From Polyangiaceae bacterium (GTDB taxonomy: Bacteria; Myxococcota_A; Polyangia; Polyangiales; Polyangiaceae): DNA of 64,000 nt. The position numbers and the translations under genes were made by a program. The stretch covers positions 148,740 to 212,739 of the forward strand of contig JBILLK010000019.1 in NCBI GenBank assembly GCA_044376115.1, given 5' to 3'. Shown here piece after piece: positions 17,768 to 27,504 of this stretch (position 1 is its first letter; each line of letters begins with the position of its first letter). The notes under the pieces are model-generated. The model saw only the letters and a list, made by a program, of their open reading frames with translations, searched no databases and was not told where the DNA came from.

Positions 17768-19759
17768 ATGAATACGCTCGAAGCGTCGCGTCGCGACCAA
17801 GCTGTTGCCACGATCCGCATGCTCGCCGTCGACGGTGTCGAGAAGGCGAACTCGGGCCATCCGGGAACTCCGATGGCTCTCGCTCAGATCTGTCTCGAGG
17901 TTTGGCTGCGCCACCTTCGTTACGATCCGCAGCAGCCGGCCTGGCCGGACCGTGATCGCTTCGTGCTCTCGTGTGGGCACGCGTCGATGCTGCTTTATTC
18001 GATGCTCCACCTCTCGGGCTACGAGCTCACGCTCGATGATCTGAAGGCGTTTCGGCAGTGGGGCTCGAAGACGCCTGGGCACCCCGAGATCGGCATCACC
18101 CCGGGCGTCGAGACCACGACGGGGCCGCTCGGTCAGGGCATCTCGAACGCGGTGGGCATGGCGCTCGGTCTGAAGATGCGAGCGGCGAAGTTGGGCAAGC
18201 CCGAGCTCGTGGGCGCGCGCATCTTCGGCATCTGCTCGGACGGCGATCTGATGGAAGGCATCAGCGGCGAAGCCTCGAGCATCGCTGGGCACCTCGGCCT
18301 CGACAACCTGGTGTTCTTCTACGACGACAACAAGATCACGATCGATGGGAGCACCGACCTCTCCTTCAGCGAGAACGTGGCTCAGCGTTATGAGGCCTAC
18401 GGCTGGAAGGTCTGGTCGATCGACGGGCACGACCACGCGGCGATCGCCAAGGCGCTCGATGAAGCGGTGGCCCACCGCGGCCAGCCCAAGCTGATCGTCG
18501 CGCGCACGGTGATCGGGATTGGCGCGCCCACCAAGGCCGGGTCGCACAAAGCGCACGGTGAGCCGCTCGGTGCAGCGGAGATCAAGGGCGCAAAGGAGCG
18601 GCTGGGCGTGCCTGCGGATCAGACGTTCTACGTGCCGGAGGAGGTGCGGGCGCTGTTCGCCGAGCGCGCCGCAGAGGGCGTGAAGGCGCGCGAGGCGTGG
18701 GAGGCGTTGGTCAAGCAGGAGAAGGCGAACAGCGCCGATTTGGCCAAGCTGTTCGACGAGTCGCTCTCGACGTCGGTGCCGAGCAACATCCTCGAGGAGC
18801 TGGTGAAGGCTGCACCGCGCAAAGAGGTGGCGACGCGCGTCAGCTCCGGTTTGATCGAGCAGCGGGTCGCGGCGCTGGTGCCCTCGCTCGTGGGCGGCTC
18901 GGCTGATCTCAATCCGTCGACCAAGACGATGATCGAAGGCTCGCCCGCCGTGCAGCGCGGCTCGTACGCAGGCCGCAACATTCACTTCGGTATTCGCGAG
19001 CACGCGATGGGCGCGGTGGTGAACGGGTTGGCCATGACCGAGGGCTTCATCCCCTTCGGCTCGACGTTCCTCGTGTTCTCCGACTACATGCGGCCGACCA
19101 TCCGCATCGCGGCGCTCTCGCACTTGCAGAGCCTGTTCATCTTCACGCACGACAGCCTGTATCTCGGCGAAGACGGTCCGACCCATCAGCCGGTCGAGCA
19201 GCTATGGGCGCTGCGTTTGATCCCCAACGTCGACGTCGTGCGCCCGGCCGACGACCTCGAGTGCGCCGGCGCTTGGGCGCATGCGCTGCTTCGCAGCAAG
19301 GGCCCCACTGTGTTTGCGCTCACGCGGCAGAACCTACCGGCGTTGCCGCGGCCGAGCGGCTTTACGAACGAGGACATGCTCAAGGGCGGTTACGTGATTC
19401 ATGAGGCGGAGAGCCCGCGCGCTGTGTTGGTTGCGACCGGCGCCGAGGTCTCGTTGGCGGTAGCAGCGGCCAAGCTGCTGGCAGCGCAAGGCGTGCCGGT
19501 GCGCGTGGTCTCGATGTTGTGCTTCGAGCAGTTCAAGCGCCAAGACGCCGCGTACCAAGAGAAGGTATTGCCGCAGGGGGTCACGCGCGTCGTGGTTGAG
19601 CTGGGCGTGACGCTGCCGTGGCAGCAGCTGGCTGGCCCGAGCGGCCTCGTGATCGGGCACGACAGCTTTGGTTTCTCAGCTCCCGCACCGGTGATCGCCA
19701 AGCAACTCGGCTTCACGCCGGAGGCCGTCGCTGAGCGCGTGACCAAGCACCTCGGCTGA
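17768..19759 (+). CDS. tkt: Transketolase
   Basis: SGHPG, DRFVLSCGH, TTGPLGQG, DGDLMEG, FGIREHAM, THDS.LGEDGPTHQP. Confidence 0.98.
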   Translation: MNTLEASRRDQAVATIRMLAVDGVEKANSGHPGTPMALAQICLEVWLRHLRYDPQQPAWPDRDRFVLSCGHASMLLYSMLHLSGYELTLDDLKAFRQWGSKTPGHPEIGITPGVETTTGPLGQGISNAVGMALGLKMRAAKLGKPELVGARIFGICSDGDLMEGISGEASSIAGHLGLDNLVFFYDDNKITIDGSTDLSFSENVAQRYEAYGWKVWSIDGHDHAAIAKALDEAVAHRGQPKLIVARTVIGIGAPTKAGSHKAHGEPLGAAEIKGAKERLGVPADQTFYVPEEVRALFAERAAEGVKAREAWEALVKQEKANSADLAKLFDESLSTSVPSNILEELVKAAPRKEVATRVSSGLIEQRVAALVPSLVGGSADLNPSTKTMIEGSPAVQRGSYAGRNIHFGIREHAMGAVVNGLAMTEGFIPFGSTFLVFSDYMRPTIRIAALSHLQSLFIFTHDSLYLGEDGPTHQPVEQLWALRLIPNVDVVRPADDLECAGAWAHALLRSKGPTVFALTRQNLPALPRPSGFTNEDMLKGGYVIHEAESPRAVLVATGAEVSLAVAAAKLLAAQGVPVRVVSMLCFEQFKRQDAAYQEKVLPQGVTRVVVELGVTLPWQQLAGPSGLVIGHDSFGFSAPAPVIAKQLGFTPEAVAERVTKHLG

Positions 19760-19770
19760 GCGTGGCGCGG

Positions 19771-19837
19771 GTAGCGCCCCTCTCCTACGAGGGGCGCTGC
19801 GTCGAACGTGGAGCCGGGCCGAAGAGGAGGCCCGGCT
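19771..19837. terminator. Two GC-rich hairpins between convergent tkt and yjbQ
   Basis: GTAGCGCCCCTC-6nt-GAGGGGCGCTGC (19771-19800) and AGCCGGGCC-8nt-GGCCCGGCT (19812-19837); no U tract. Confidence 0.5.
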
Positions 19838-19839
19838 GC

Positions 19840-20256
19840 TCAGATCACGGTGATGGCGAGCGTGCGCATCTGGGGCGCCGTGCGGTGCTCCCAAAGGTAA
19901 ACGGCCTGCCAAGTGCCGAGCGCCAACTTGCCTTGATCAATCGGGACAGCCTCGCTGGTGCGGGTCAGTACCGAGCGCACGTGGGCGGGCATGTCGTCCG
20001 GCCCTTCGGCGTCGTGCTCCCAGGGCCCAAAGCTCGGACGTTCGGGTGCGACGTGGTCCATGAAGCGCTGTAAATCGCGTAGCACCGCGGGATCAGCGTT
20101 CTCCTGAATGACGAGGCTGGCGGAGGTGTGGCGCACGAAGATGTGACAGAGCCCCTCGACGACGCCGGAGCGCGCGACGATCTCAGCGATCCGCGAGGTG
20201 ACGTCGTACAGTCCGCGACCCTTGGTTTCGACTTCGATCGTTCTTCGACGTTTCAC
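19840..20256 (-). CDS. yjbQ: YjbQ/UPF0047 family protein
   Basis: HTSASL..QENADP, HDAEGPDDMPAH, LGTWQAVYLWEH. Confidence 0.93.
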   Translation of the reverse strand: MKRRRTIEVETKGRGLYDVTSRIAEIVARSGVVEGLCHIFVRHTSASLVIQENADPAVLRDLQRFMDHVAPERPSFGPWEHDAEGPDDMPAHVRSVLTRTSEAVPIDQGKLALGTWQAVYLWEHRTAPQMRTLAITVI

Positions 20257-20301
20257 TGGGCTCCGTTCGATCCGGCTTATGTCACGGCAGCCGCGTGGGG
20301 C

Positions 20302-20808
20302 CTACTCGATCGAACGCAGGGCGCGATTGCTCGTGAGCCACTCTTCCCACGCGGCGAAATCCCCACCGAGTTTTTCAGCCAATGCATTGCGGGCGGCGTC
20401 GGGCAGCGGCACGAAGGTCCCCGAGGCGCTGGCGAGCAGCTCGCCGTTCTCGGCGTTGACCAGCGTGCCCGACATCTCCATCAAACGCCTGTGGTTGCGG
20501 TCCAGCTTGGCCTCGGCGCGCAAGCGAACACCGATCGGCGCGGGCTTGGTGAAGCGCACCTCGAGCTTGGCCGTCTGCACCCAGCGATCATGGAGGAAGG
20601 CGACGCGGCCGATGGTCTCATCCAACACCGACGAAATGATGCCGCCGTGCAAAACCGAGGGCCAGCTCTGCAGATCCTCGGTGGCGGTGAGCTCGGTCCA
20701 CACCCGCTCACCGTCATCGAAGAACACGGCTCCCAGCCCGCGTGGGTTCTGGGTACCACAAATGAAGCAGAGCGCGGAGCCAGGCTGGCGTCGGGGTTGC
20801 ACGATCAC
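20302..20808 (-). CDS. PaaI-family hotdog thioesterase
   Basis: CFICG..NPRGL and LHGGIISSVLDE. Confidence 0.9.
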   Translation of the reverse strand: MIVQPRRQPGSALCFICGTQNPRGLGAVFFDDGERVWTELTATEDLQSWPSVLHGGIISSVLDETIGRVAFLHDRWVQTAKLEVRFTKPAPIGVRLRAEAKLDRNHRRLMEMSGTLVNAENGELLASASGTFVPLPDAARNALAEKLGGDFAAWEEWLTSNRALRSIE

Positions 20809-21644
20809 ATCGCCTTGTACTTGATGGTTGCAGACTCGTCGTGGGCACCGTCTACGCGGCTGATCTGTTTGGGATCGACGCCGCTGGCGGCGATGAAGGC
20901 CCGCGCGGCTTCCACGCTGCCGTAGGCCAATTCATCGGGCTTGCCGCTGGCGATCACCAGGCCTTGCACCAGCAGATAGGCCGTGTGCGCGATGCGGAAG
21001 GTGCTGGTCATATCGTGGCTGATCACGACGCTGGTCACGTTGAAACGATCGCGCGTCTCCTCGATCAGGTCGTCGACCATGCGCGAGGTGATCGGATCGA
21101 GCCCGCTGGTCGGCTCGTCATAAATCAGGATTTGGGGCTCGAGCATGAGCGCCCGTGCGAGCCCAACGCGCTTGCGCTGGCCACCCGACAGCTCGCTCGG
21201 CATGCGGTTCTCTTTGCCCTCGAGCCCGAGCAGCTTGAGGATGTCCATGACTTTTTCGCGGATGCGGCGGGCGGGCCAGCTCTTGCGATGCTCACGCAAC
21301 GGAAAGGCCACGTTGTCAAAGATGTTGAGAGAGTCGAGCAGCGCTGCGTACTGAAACACCATGCCGAACTTCTGCCGCACGCGGTTCAACTCGAGCTCAC
21401 CCATCGGCGCGATGTCCTCGTTGTCGACCCAAATGTGCCCGGTGCTGGGCTTCTCCAGCGCGATCAGCATGCGTAAAAGCGTGGTTTTTCCGGCGCCCGA
21501 GCCGCCGATGATGACCGCCGTCTTCTTGCGTTTGAGGTGGAGGCTGATGCCTTTCAGGACGTGGGTGGAGCCGAAGCTCTTTGTGACCCGGTCGACGAAG
21601 ATGTGGTCGTCGTCCTCCTGCCCCGGGGGTTTAGCGGCTGTCAC
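20805..21644 (-). CDS. ABC transporter ATP-binding protein, MlaF/Mkl-like
   Basis: Walker A GGSGAGKT, GMVFQYAALLDS, LSGGQRKR, YDEPTSGLDP, SHD. Confidence 0.9.
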   Translation of the reverse strand: MTAAKPPGQEDDDHIFVDRVTKSFGSTHVLKGISLHLKRKKTAVIIGGSGAGKTTLLRMLIALEKPSTGHIWVDNEDIAPMGELELNRVRQKFGMVFQYAALLDSLNIFDNVAFPLREHRKSWPARRIREKVMDILKLLGLEGKENRMPSELSGGQRKRVGLARALMLEPQILIYDEPTSGLDPITSRMVDDLIEETRDRFNVTSVVISHDMTSTFRIAHTAYLLVQGLVIASGKPDELAYGSVEAARAFIAASGVDPKQISRVDGAHDESATIKYKAM

Positions 21645-21799
21645 CCAAGCGTTGTAGCGGAGGGTTTGCCCTGAACCAAGCGCGACCCGGTCATAAGTAG
21701 CGCGAGGTAGGGGAGCTAGCTTATCTTGCGGCCAACGTGGACGAAGGTGGCAGCATGAAGAGCAAGCGCGAGCCGAAGGCGTCGTTAATCAGCGCGCGT

Positions 21800-21815
21800 T
21801 GGCACAAGTCGTGCG
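21800..21815 (+). promoter_or_regulatory. Putative sigma54 (-24/-12) promoter of the 21830-28968 operon
   Basis: TGGCACAAGTCGTGCG with GG-N10-GC spacing; the -12 C lies 16 nt before GTG 21830, which opens a clean signal peptide. Confidence 0.55.
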
Positions 21816-21829
21816 GAGGGCCGTCGCTA

Positions 21830-22813
21830 GTGCCTCCCTTTAACCGATCCCTCGGGTGCCTGTTCGCGTCGCTGAGTCTGCTGCTGGCGGTCACGTTTGC
21901 GCCCGCCGCGCAGGCCCAGGATGCGGCGGGTGCAGGCGTGCTCTTCACCGAAGCCAAAGCGCTGGCCGACGCGGGCGACTATGCCGCTGCATGCCCCAAG
22001 TTCCAGGCCAGTCTCGATCTCGATCCTTCGCTTGGAACGCGGCTCAATCTCGCCAACTGTCTGCAAGAGGTGGGCAAGTTTGGGTCGGCCAAGAGCCAGT
22101 GGGAGCTCGCCGCCAAAGAGGCCAAAGAACGCCAGGATGAGCGTGTCCCGTACATCGCCGAGCAGCTGGCGTTGGTATCGCCCAAGGTTCCAACCCTGGT
22201 CGTCGAGGTGGTTCAAGGGCCGGAGGTCTTGTCGGTGCACCTGGCAGGCAAAGAGCTGACCTCGAGCAAGTGGGGCCTGCCGATGGATCTCGATCCGGGC
22301 GACGTCGTGGTCGAGGTGTTGCGTGCCGATCAACTGCTGGAGACCAAGTCGGTCAAGCTGCTCGAGGGCAAAGCCGAGCGGCTCTCGCTCGATTTGGCGG
22401 CTATCGCGAAGGCCCATCCGCTGCCGAAGAAGAAGGTCGTGGAGCCCGTCGACCCGACCCAGCGCATCGCGGGGATCGTCGTGATGTCAGTGGGCTTCGC
22501 TGGAATCGCTGCGTTTGGTGTGCTCGAGGCGGCCGCACTCGGGATTCGCTCCAGCGCCAACGAGCCTGACCAATGTTACTCGGGGGCTGAGGGCGCAGCC
22601 GTGTGTTCGCCCGATGGCTTCGACACGATCCAGTTGTCCGGCGATCTAGCGGAGGTCGGTCAGTGGGTTGGGGTCGGTGGTGTGGGCGTGGCTGCGATTG
22701 GTTTGACGGTGTTGCTCACCGCGCCGAGCGACGCACCGCCCGACAGCCAGAGCTACCTCGTGCCGGTGCTGAGTCCGAGCTTTGCTGGGTTGGCGTACGG
22801 AGGGACGTTCTAA
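21830..22813 (+). CDS. Secreted TPR + PEGA-like protein with Gly-rich hydrophobic hairpin and C-terminal beta-signal-like end
   Basis: Signal peptide ending AQA-QD; ACPKF..S..LDP.LGTRLNLANC TPR; LDPG PEGA-like segment; ends GLAYGGTF; paralogs at 52440 and 60639. Confidence 0.85.
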   Translation: MPPFNRSLGCLFASLSLLLAVTFAPAAQAQDAAGAGVLFTEAKALADAGDYAAACPKFQASLDLDPSLGTRLNLANCLQEVGKFGSAKSQWELAAKEAKERQDERVPYIAEQLALVSPKVPTLVVEVVQGPEVLSVHLAGKELTSSKWGLPMDLDPGDVVVEVLRADQLLETKSVKLLEGKAERLSLDLAAIAKAHPLPKKKVVEPVDPTQRIAGIVVMSVGFAGIAAFGVLEAAALGIRSSANEPDQCYSGAEGAAVCSPDGFDTIQLSGDLAEVGQWVGVGGVGVAAIGLTVLLTAPSDAPPDSQSYLVPVLSPSFAGLAYGGTF

Positions 22814-23442
22814 TGTTGCGGCTACGTTGGGCTGCGGCCATGGGGGCGCTGTTGTTCGTGAGCGCCTGCGAGGTGGTGCTGGGCTTGGATGGCGCCGTTT
22901 CGTCGTACGACGACCTGCTCTTTTGCAGCTGCGGAGCGCTGGTCGTTCAAGACGGTCTGGTGCCCACCTCGGAGAAGTTTACGGTGCGTTGTGAGACGGC
23001 GATCGACCTCGCGACCAAAGCGCAGTTCGATGACTTCATCGCGCTGGAGTGCAACACGTGTCCGAGCGCGATCAGCGATCTCGGAAATTGCTACGCGACG
23101 TTGACCAAAGCCGCTGACGTTGGTGAGCCCTGTGAAACGCACGCCGATTGCCGCTCGATGGTGTGTTGTGCCAACGGTGGCGCCCTTGTTCAGGACGGTG
23201 GGACCTGCTGTGACCAGTGCGCGGGCTGCTCGACGGTGGATGACGCGGGGAATGCAGCTGAAGTCTGTGTGGACCTCGCTCAGCGCTTGGCCGTCGAGAG
23301 CTGTGACGGCTGCAATCTGGCGTGCAATGACTCCCTGACGTTGATCGGGCTGAGGAACTGTGCGCAGTGCATCGAAGACACCTGCCCGGCTGCCTGCTCA
23401 GTCTACAAAGATCGGCCGATCCAATATGTCCCCGACAACTGA
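22813..23442 (+). CDS. Cys-rich lipoprotein
   Basis: ATG overlaps the upstream TAA; lipobox-like VSAC; about 20 Cys in 209 aa. Confidence 0.8.
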   Translation: MLRLRWAAAMGALLFVSACEVVLGLDGAVSSYDDLLFCSCGALVVQDGLVPTSEKFTVRCETAIDLATKAQFDDFIALECNTCPSAISDLGNCYATLTKAADVGEPCETHADCRSMVCCANGGALVQDGGTCCDQCAGCSTVDDAGNAAEVCVDLAQRLAVESCDGCNLACNDSLTLIGLRNCAQCIEDTCPAACSVYKDRPIQYVPDN

Positions 23443-24634
23443 GTCCGGGTTGTGCCGCAATGGCGCAGCGCGCAGCCTCGCCTGGTTTGCGCTACTCGTG
23501 TTCGCTAGCGTCCAAGCTGCATCCTGTCGCGAGCTGGTCGGCGGGGAGAACCTCAACGCCGCTCAGACGCTGTGCGAGCAGCTCAACGCCTGCTTCGGCG
23601 AGAACGATCCGAGCATCCCGAGCTGCGAGATTCTGGAGGGCCGGATGAAGCGGGCGACCGAAACGGAGCGCGCCGAAGGCTTGGCCAACTTCGAGAGCGC
23701 GGGCTGCCTCGAGGCCAACTGTGGGCTCGCGCGGGCTTGCTTGGATCTCGACGGTTTCTGCGTCGGGCCAGCCAAGAGCTGCGTGCGTGACGTCGACTGT
23801 TGCAATTGGTCGGTCGGCTTGACCGAGTGTGGACCCAAAGCCGATGGGTCGATGGCGTGTTGCAGCAGCAGCGGCATCGAGTGCGTAGAAGACGCCGATT
23901 GTTGCGGCTCGGAGCAGTGCCTGACGCTGGTTGGGGACGTCAAAACGTGCGGCGGCGTGAAGTGCAACGCTCTGGGTGAAGCGTGCGCAAGTTCGGCGCA
24001 GTGTTGCGGCTCGTTGAACTGCTTCCAGGGCGAGTGCCAGGTGAGGAACTGCATCGAGCAGGACGGCCCGTGCAAGAGTGACGAGGACTGCTGCACGCAA
24101 ACCGTCCCTGGGGAGATGGGGTCGATCGAGGTCCCATTGTTCTGCGTCGAAGGGCGTTGCGGCCCCAAGGCCGAAGATTGCTACGATGAGACCTCGGCGT
24201 GCGACGCAGCGAAGCCTTGTTGCAACGAGGAAGCGACGTGTCAGCTTGTCGCCACCGGCCTGTCTCGTTGCAGTACCTGCACGGGCGCCGGCGAGGGCGT
24301 TGATTGCTCGCAGAACAGCGACTGTTGCTCGAGTTCTTGCGTTCCGATCGGTGAGCAGCTGGCCTGCGCAAAGCCCGGTTGCGAGGCGGTTGGCGGCGCA
24401 TGTTCCTTCCCAACGGATTGCTGCACTGGCGTGTGTGATGGGAGTTCCAGCACCTGCGCCGACGCCTATTGCATCGCGGCCGAGTGCCATGACCCATGCG
24501 AGGTCGGTCCGCCGCTCCAGGGTTGTGGGGTTGGCGAGGAGGACGTCGTCGGGGCGATCCCAAGCTGCGGTTGCTACTGGGCCGTCGAGTGCGTGGTTGA
24601 GTACGAAATCGCTTTGCCTGGAGCCTGCAATTGA
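23426..24634 (+). CDS. Cys-rich putative lipoprotein with 7 tandem C-x6-C-x5-CC-xn-C-xn-C units (copy A)
   Basis: Signal peptide ending AASC; units counted by eye, e.g. CNALGEACASSAQCCGSLNCFQGEC. Confidence 0.85.
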   Translation: MSPTTESGLCRNGAARSLAWFALLVFASVQAASCRELVGGENLNAAQTLCEQLNACFGENDPSIPSCEILEGRMKRATETERAEGLANFESAGCLEANCGLARACLDLDGFCVGPAKSCVRDVDCCNWSVGLTECGPKADGSMACCSSSGIECVEDADCCGSEQCLTLVGDVKTCGGVKCNALGEACASSAQCCGSLNCFQGECQVRNCIEQDGPCKSDEDCCTQTVPGEMGSIEVPLFCVEGRCGPKAEDCYDETSACDAAKPCCNEEATCQLVATGLSRCSTCTGAGEGVDCSQNSDCCSSSCVPIGEQLACAKPGCEAVGGACSFPTDCCTGVCDGSSSTCADAYCIAAECHDPCEVGPPLQGCGVGEEDVVGAIPSCGCYWAVECVVEYEIALPGACN

Positions 24635-24762
24635 TGAACCACCACCTACATTGCCGCACGGGCGGCTATGTCGCGTGTGCCGCCTGTGCCACTGCGAGGA
24701 GGGCCGAAATCGTGGGGAATCCCGCGGCTGCGTTCGGGCGCGAGGATTGCACACCGGGGGCC

Positions 24763-26316
24763 ATGCGTAGCTTTGTGCCGGTCCTGCTTGGGTTGCTTCT
24801 CGCCGGCTGTTCGGTGCAGCAAGACACGGCTCCTCCCACACATGGGTCAGGCGGCGGCGATGCGACGGGCGGTTCAGGCGGAAGCACCAGCGCAGGAACG
24901 GGCGCTGGCGGTGGGGGAATCGACCCGCTGGGTGGGGGAGGAGGCCCTCGCGGTACGGGAGGCGGCATGGATTTGCTGTGCACCCTTCCCGACACGATCG
25001 TTGAGCTGAGCCCGGAGCAGTCTCGCGATCTGGCCGCGGGCCAATTCAGCGTAGCGATGGTCGCAAGCCGTTGGTTGCCGCCGCCCAAGACGTTGGGCTA
25101 CTCGCAAGTACGGGACTACCTGCATGACCTGGCCAACGTTGGCCTTGGGGCCGACGAGAATCCGGTTTCCTTCAGCTTGAGCAGCTCGTCAAACGCGGCG
25201 ACGGAGTTCAAGCTGACTGCGCGCTCGACCGGTCGTGCTGCGAAAGCCACGAAGACGAACCTCATCGTCTTACTGGACGTGTCGCCCAGCACCTCGGCTG
25301 TCTCTGAGGGACGGGATGCAGTGCTGAACTCCCTGGCTGACGGTGTGGACGCTCGAGAGGGCTCCACCTTCTCGCTCGCCTCCTTCGCAGGCACGACCGA
25401 GCTGATCGTGGATCGTGTTCCGGCTGGCGGCGCGCGTGTGGCCCTCGACGCCGAGCGCACGCGCCTGGCCTACCTCGAAGGGGGCGATCTTCCGGGCGCT
25501 CTCAGGACCGCCCAAGGCTTGCTCAACATCGATGAGCCCCCTACCGGAAGAGAGCCGGCCGCCTTTCCTTTCTCCCACGTCCTGATTCTTACCGATGGCG
25601 GCTTGGTACCGAGCGAGAACACGCTGGCCCAGGTGGAGGCGCTGGTGTCCAACTTCGCTGACGTGCGTGTGTCTGTCGCGCAGCTATCAACCGTGCCGCT
25701 GGGCACTGGGCCAGAACCGCTCGTAGCGCCGACCGAGTTGCGCAGCGAGCTGCTCTCGGAGATCGCGCGTCGAGGCCGTGGGCTGGCTTTCTACTTTGAT
25801 GGCAACTGCAACGGCTGCAGCACGAGCGAGGTGGTGGACGCCTCTTTTGAGCGCTGGTTCGCCCCATTCGAGGCGACCGAGAACTTCCAGTTCTTGCTGC
25901 CAGGCGGTCTTTCCCACGTCCCGGACCCGAGCAAGGAACCTGGTGGTAACGGGCGAGCAGTCGGCCTCGCGGGAGTTTCTTGGGAACGGTCGATCGAGCT
26001 CAAGGACGAATGCGGCGATTTGGCCGGCCGGATGATCCAAGTTGGCCACGGTGAGAACACGCGTTCGGCGCTGCTCTCGCTGGGCCTGGCCGGCCTTGAG
26101 TTGCTCGAAGATCAACCGCGGATTCAGGCGGAACGGCGTCTCAAGGCGGTGATTGACGTTATGCGTGGACCAGCCGTCGACTACTGCGCCCAGATCGATG
26201 CACAACTGATGGCCGTCGGGCCGTCGCTCACGTGCCAGGACACGGACTTCGACTGTCGGTACGTCACGGTCGTCGACGAGTTCGTGGCAAAGGCTCAAGG
26301 GCTTTGTCTGAACTGA
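24763..26316 (+). CDS. vWA-domain lipoprotein (copy A)
   Basis: Lipobox LAGC, Gly-rich linker, MIDAS DVSPS, LILTDG, Cys-containing C-terminus. Confidence 0.85.
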   Translation: MRSFVPVLLGLLLAGCSVQQDTAPPTHGSGGGDATGGSGGSTSAGTGAGGGGIDPLGGGGGPRGTGGGMDLLCTLPDTIVELSPEQSRDLAAGQFSVAMVASRWLPPPKTLGYSQVRDYLHDLANVGLGADENPVSFSLSSSSNAATEFKLTARSTGRAAKATKTNLIVLLDVSPSTSAVSEGRDAVLNSLADGVDAREGSTFSLASFAGTTELIVDRVPAGGARVALDAERTRLAYLEGGDLPGALRTAQGLLNIDEPPTGREPAAFPFSHVLILTDGGLVPSENTLAQVEALVSNFADVRVSVAQLSTVPLGTGPEPLVAPTELRSELLSEIARRGRGLAFYFDGNCNGCSTSEVVDASFERWFAPFEATENFQFLLPGGLSHVPDPSKEPGGNGRAVGLAGVSWERSIELKDECGDLAGRMIQVGHGENTRSALLSLGLAGLELLEDQPRIQAERRLKAVIDVMRGPAVDYCAQIDAQLMAVGPSLTCQDTDFDCRYVTVVDEFVAKAQGLCLN

Positions 26317-27464
26317 GGTTGCAACGGTTGGCCGCTCTTGCGGCGCTGGGCCTGGGCGTTTCGCTAGCCGCAGGAGCTTGCCGCGACGTTGTGGCCGGAG
26401 ACAGTGTGGATGCGGCTGCGGAACTCTGTGCGCGGCTCACGGATTGTTTTCCCGAGGCGCCTTCGTGTGACGGGCTGGCTTCGGAGCTGAGCAACGCCGC
26501 GCAACCGGATCGTGAGCAATCTCTGGCGTCCTTTGGCGAGCTGGAGTGTCTTTCGGGCGGTTGTGGCGCGAGTCGCTCTTGCCTCGATTTGCCCGCGTTC
26601 TGCGAACAGGAGAACGAGCCCTGCGAGAACCGCTTCGACTGTTGCAACTGGAGCTACGGGCTGGCTTCGTGTGAGTCCGGGGCGTGCTGCAAGACCGACG
26701 GTGCCTCATGCTCGAGCGATAACGAGTGCTGTGAGGGCAAGTGCCTTCCGGTTGGTCCGTACGTGGCCACGTGTGGCGGCGTGCTTTGCAAGAACATCGA
26801 CACGGCGTGTGATTCCGGCGGCGAATGTTGCAGCGGCCACTGTTTGAACGGCAGCTGTTCGCTGGTCGACTGCTTCCAGCGCGAGGAGCCTTGCGAGACG
26901 ACCGACCAGTGCTGTCGTGAGGAGGTGCAGCTCGCTAGCACCCTGGTGGTGGTCCAACTCGAGTGCAACGACGGCGTATGCAGCCTGCCTGCTCAACCCA
27001 CGTGCGCTCAGGCCAATGAGCCGTGCATTCCCGAGGGCGAGGGCTGTTGCGAGGGGCAGGGCAGCTGTCAGATCGTGCTCGGGGGGTTGTCGGTTTGTTC
27101 AACCTGCGCGCCCGCGTTGGGCGAATGCTCCCAAGACTTCGACTGCTGCTCCGGTCGATGTTTGGAGGGCATGGCAGGTAGCGTCTGCGCTGCAGAGGAT
27201 TGTGTCGACCAAGGCAACTGCCAACTGCCGACTGACTGCTGCAACGGGGTCTGCGTGTTCGCTGCGACTGGAGTGGGAAGTTGCGCTCCGTGCCTCAAGA
27301 CCTGTCACAACCCCTGCGATCAGGGTGATCCGATCGCGAGCGACTGCGATGGGGTGGATGCGTCTGCGTTGGATGTGGTTTTGCAGAACGACCCAACCTG
27401 CGAGTGTCAGTGGGACGGTATCTGCGCCGGGCAATACGCCGAGCTGGTCGGGGCCTGCCAATGA
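26304..27464 (+). CDS. Cys-rich putative lipoprotein with 7 knottin-like units (copy B)
   Basis: Signal ending AGAC; collinear with copy A (shared DCCNWS.GL, GLS.CSTC, PTDCC.GVC, CH.PC..G.P); TTG start 26304 or 26319. Confidence 0.85.
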   Translation: MSELRLQRLAALAALGLGVSLAAGACRDVVAGDSVDAAAELCARLTDCFPEAPSCDGLASELSNAAQPDREQSLASFGELECLSGGCGASRSCLDLPAFCEQENEPCENRFDCCNWSYGLASCESGACCKTDGASCSSDNECCEGKCLPVGPYVATCGGVLCKNIDTACDSGGECCSGHCLNGSCSLVDCFQREEPCETTDQCCREEVQLASTLVVVQLECNDGVCSLPAQPTCAQANEPCIPEGEGCCEGQGSCQIVLGGLSVCSTCAPALGECSQDFDCCSGRCLEGMAGSVCAAEDCVDQGNCQLPTDCCNGVCVFAATGVGSCAPCLKTCHNPCDQGDPIASDCDGVDASALDVVLQNDPTCECQWDGICAGQYAELVGACQ

Positions 27465-27504
27465 CTTCGAGGAGGTAGGAATGGAACGTGCTTTAGGAGG
27501 CCGT

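Noticed and set aside
17741..19186. Long antisense ORFs (for example opposite tkt, the GATase, the kinases and nmrA)
   Set aside because: Expected from high GC3 codon bias on the coding strand; no motifs or start signals.
21737..21829. Longer N-terminus for the TPR/PEGA protein
   Set aside because: It would bury the signal peptide and overlap the sigma54-like motif; GTG 21830 fits better.
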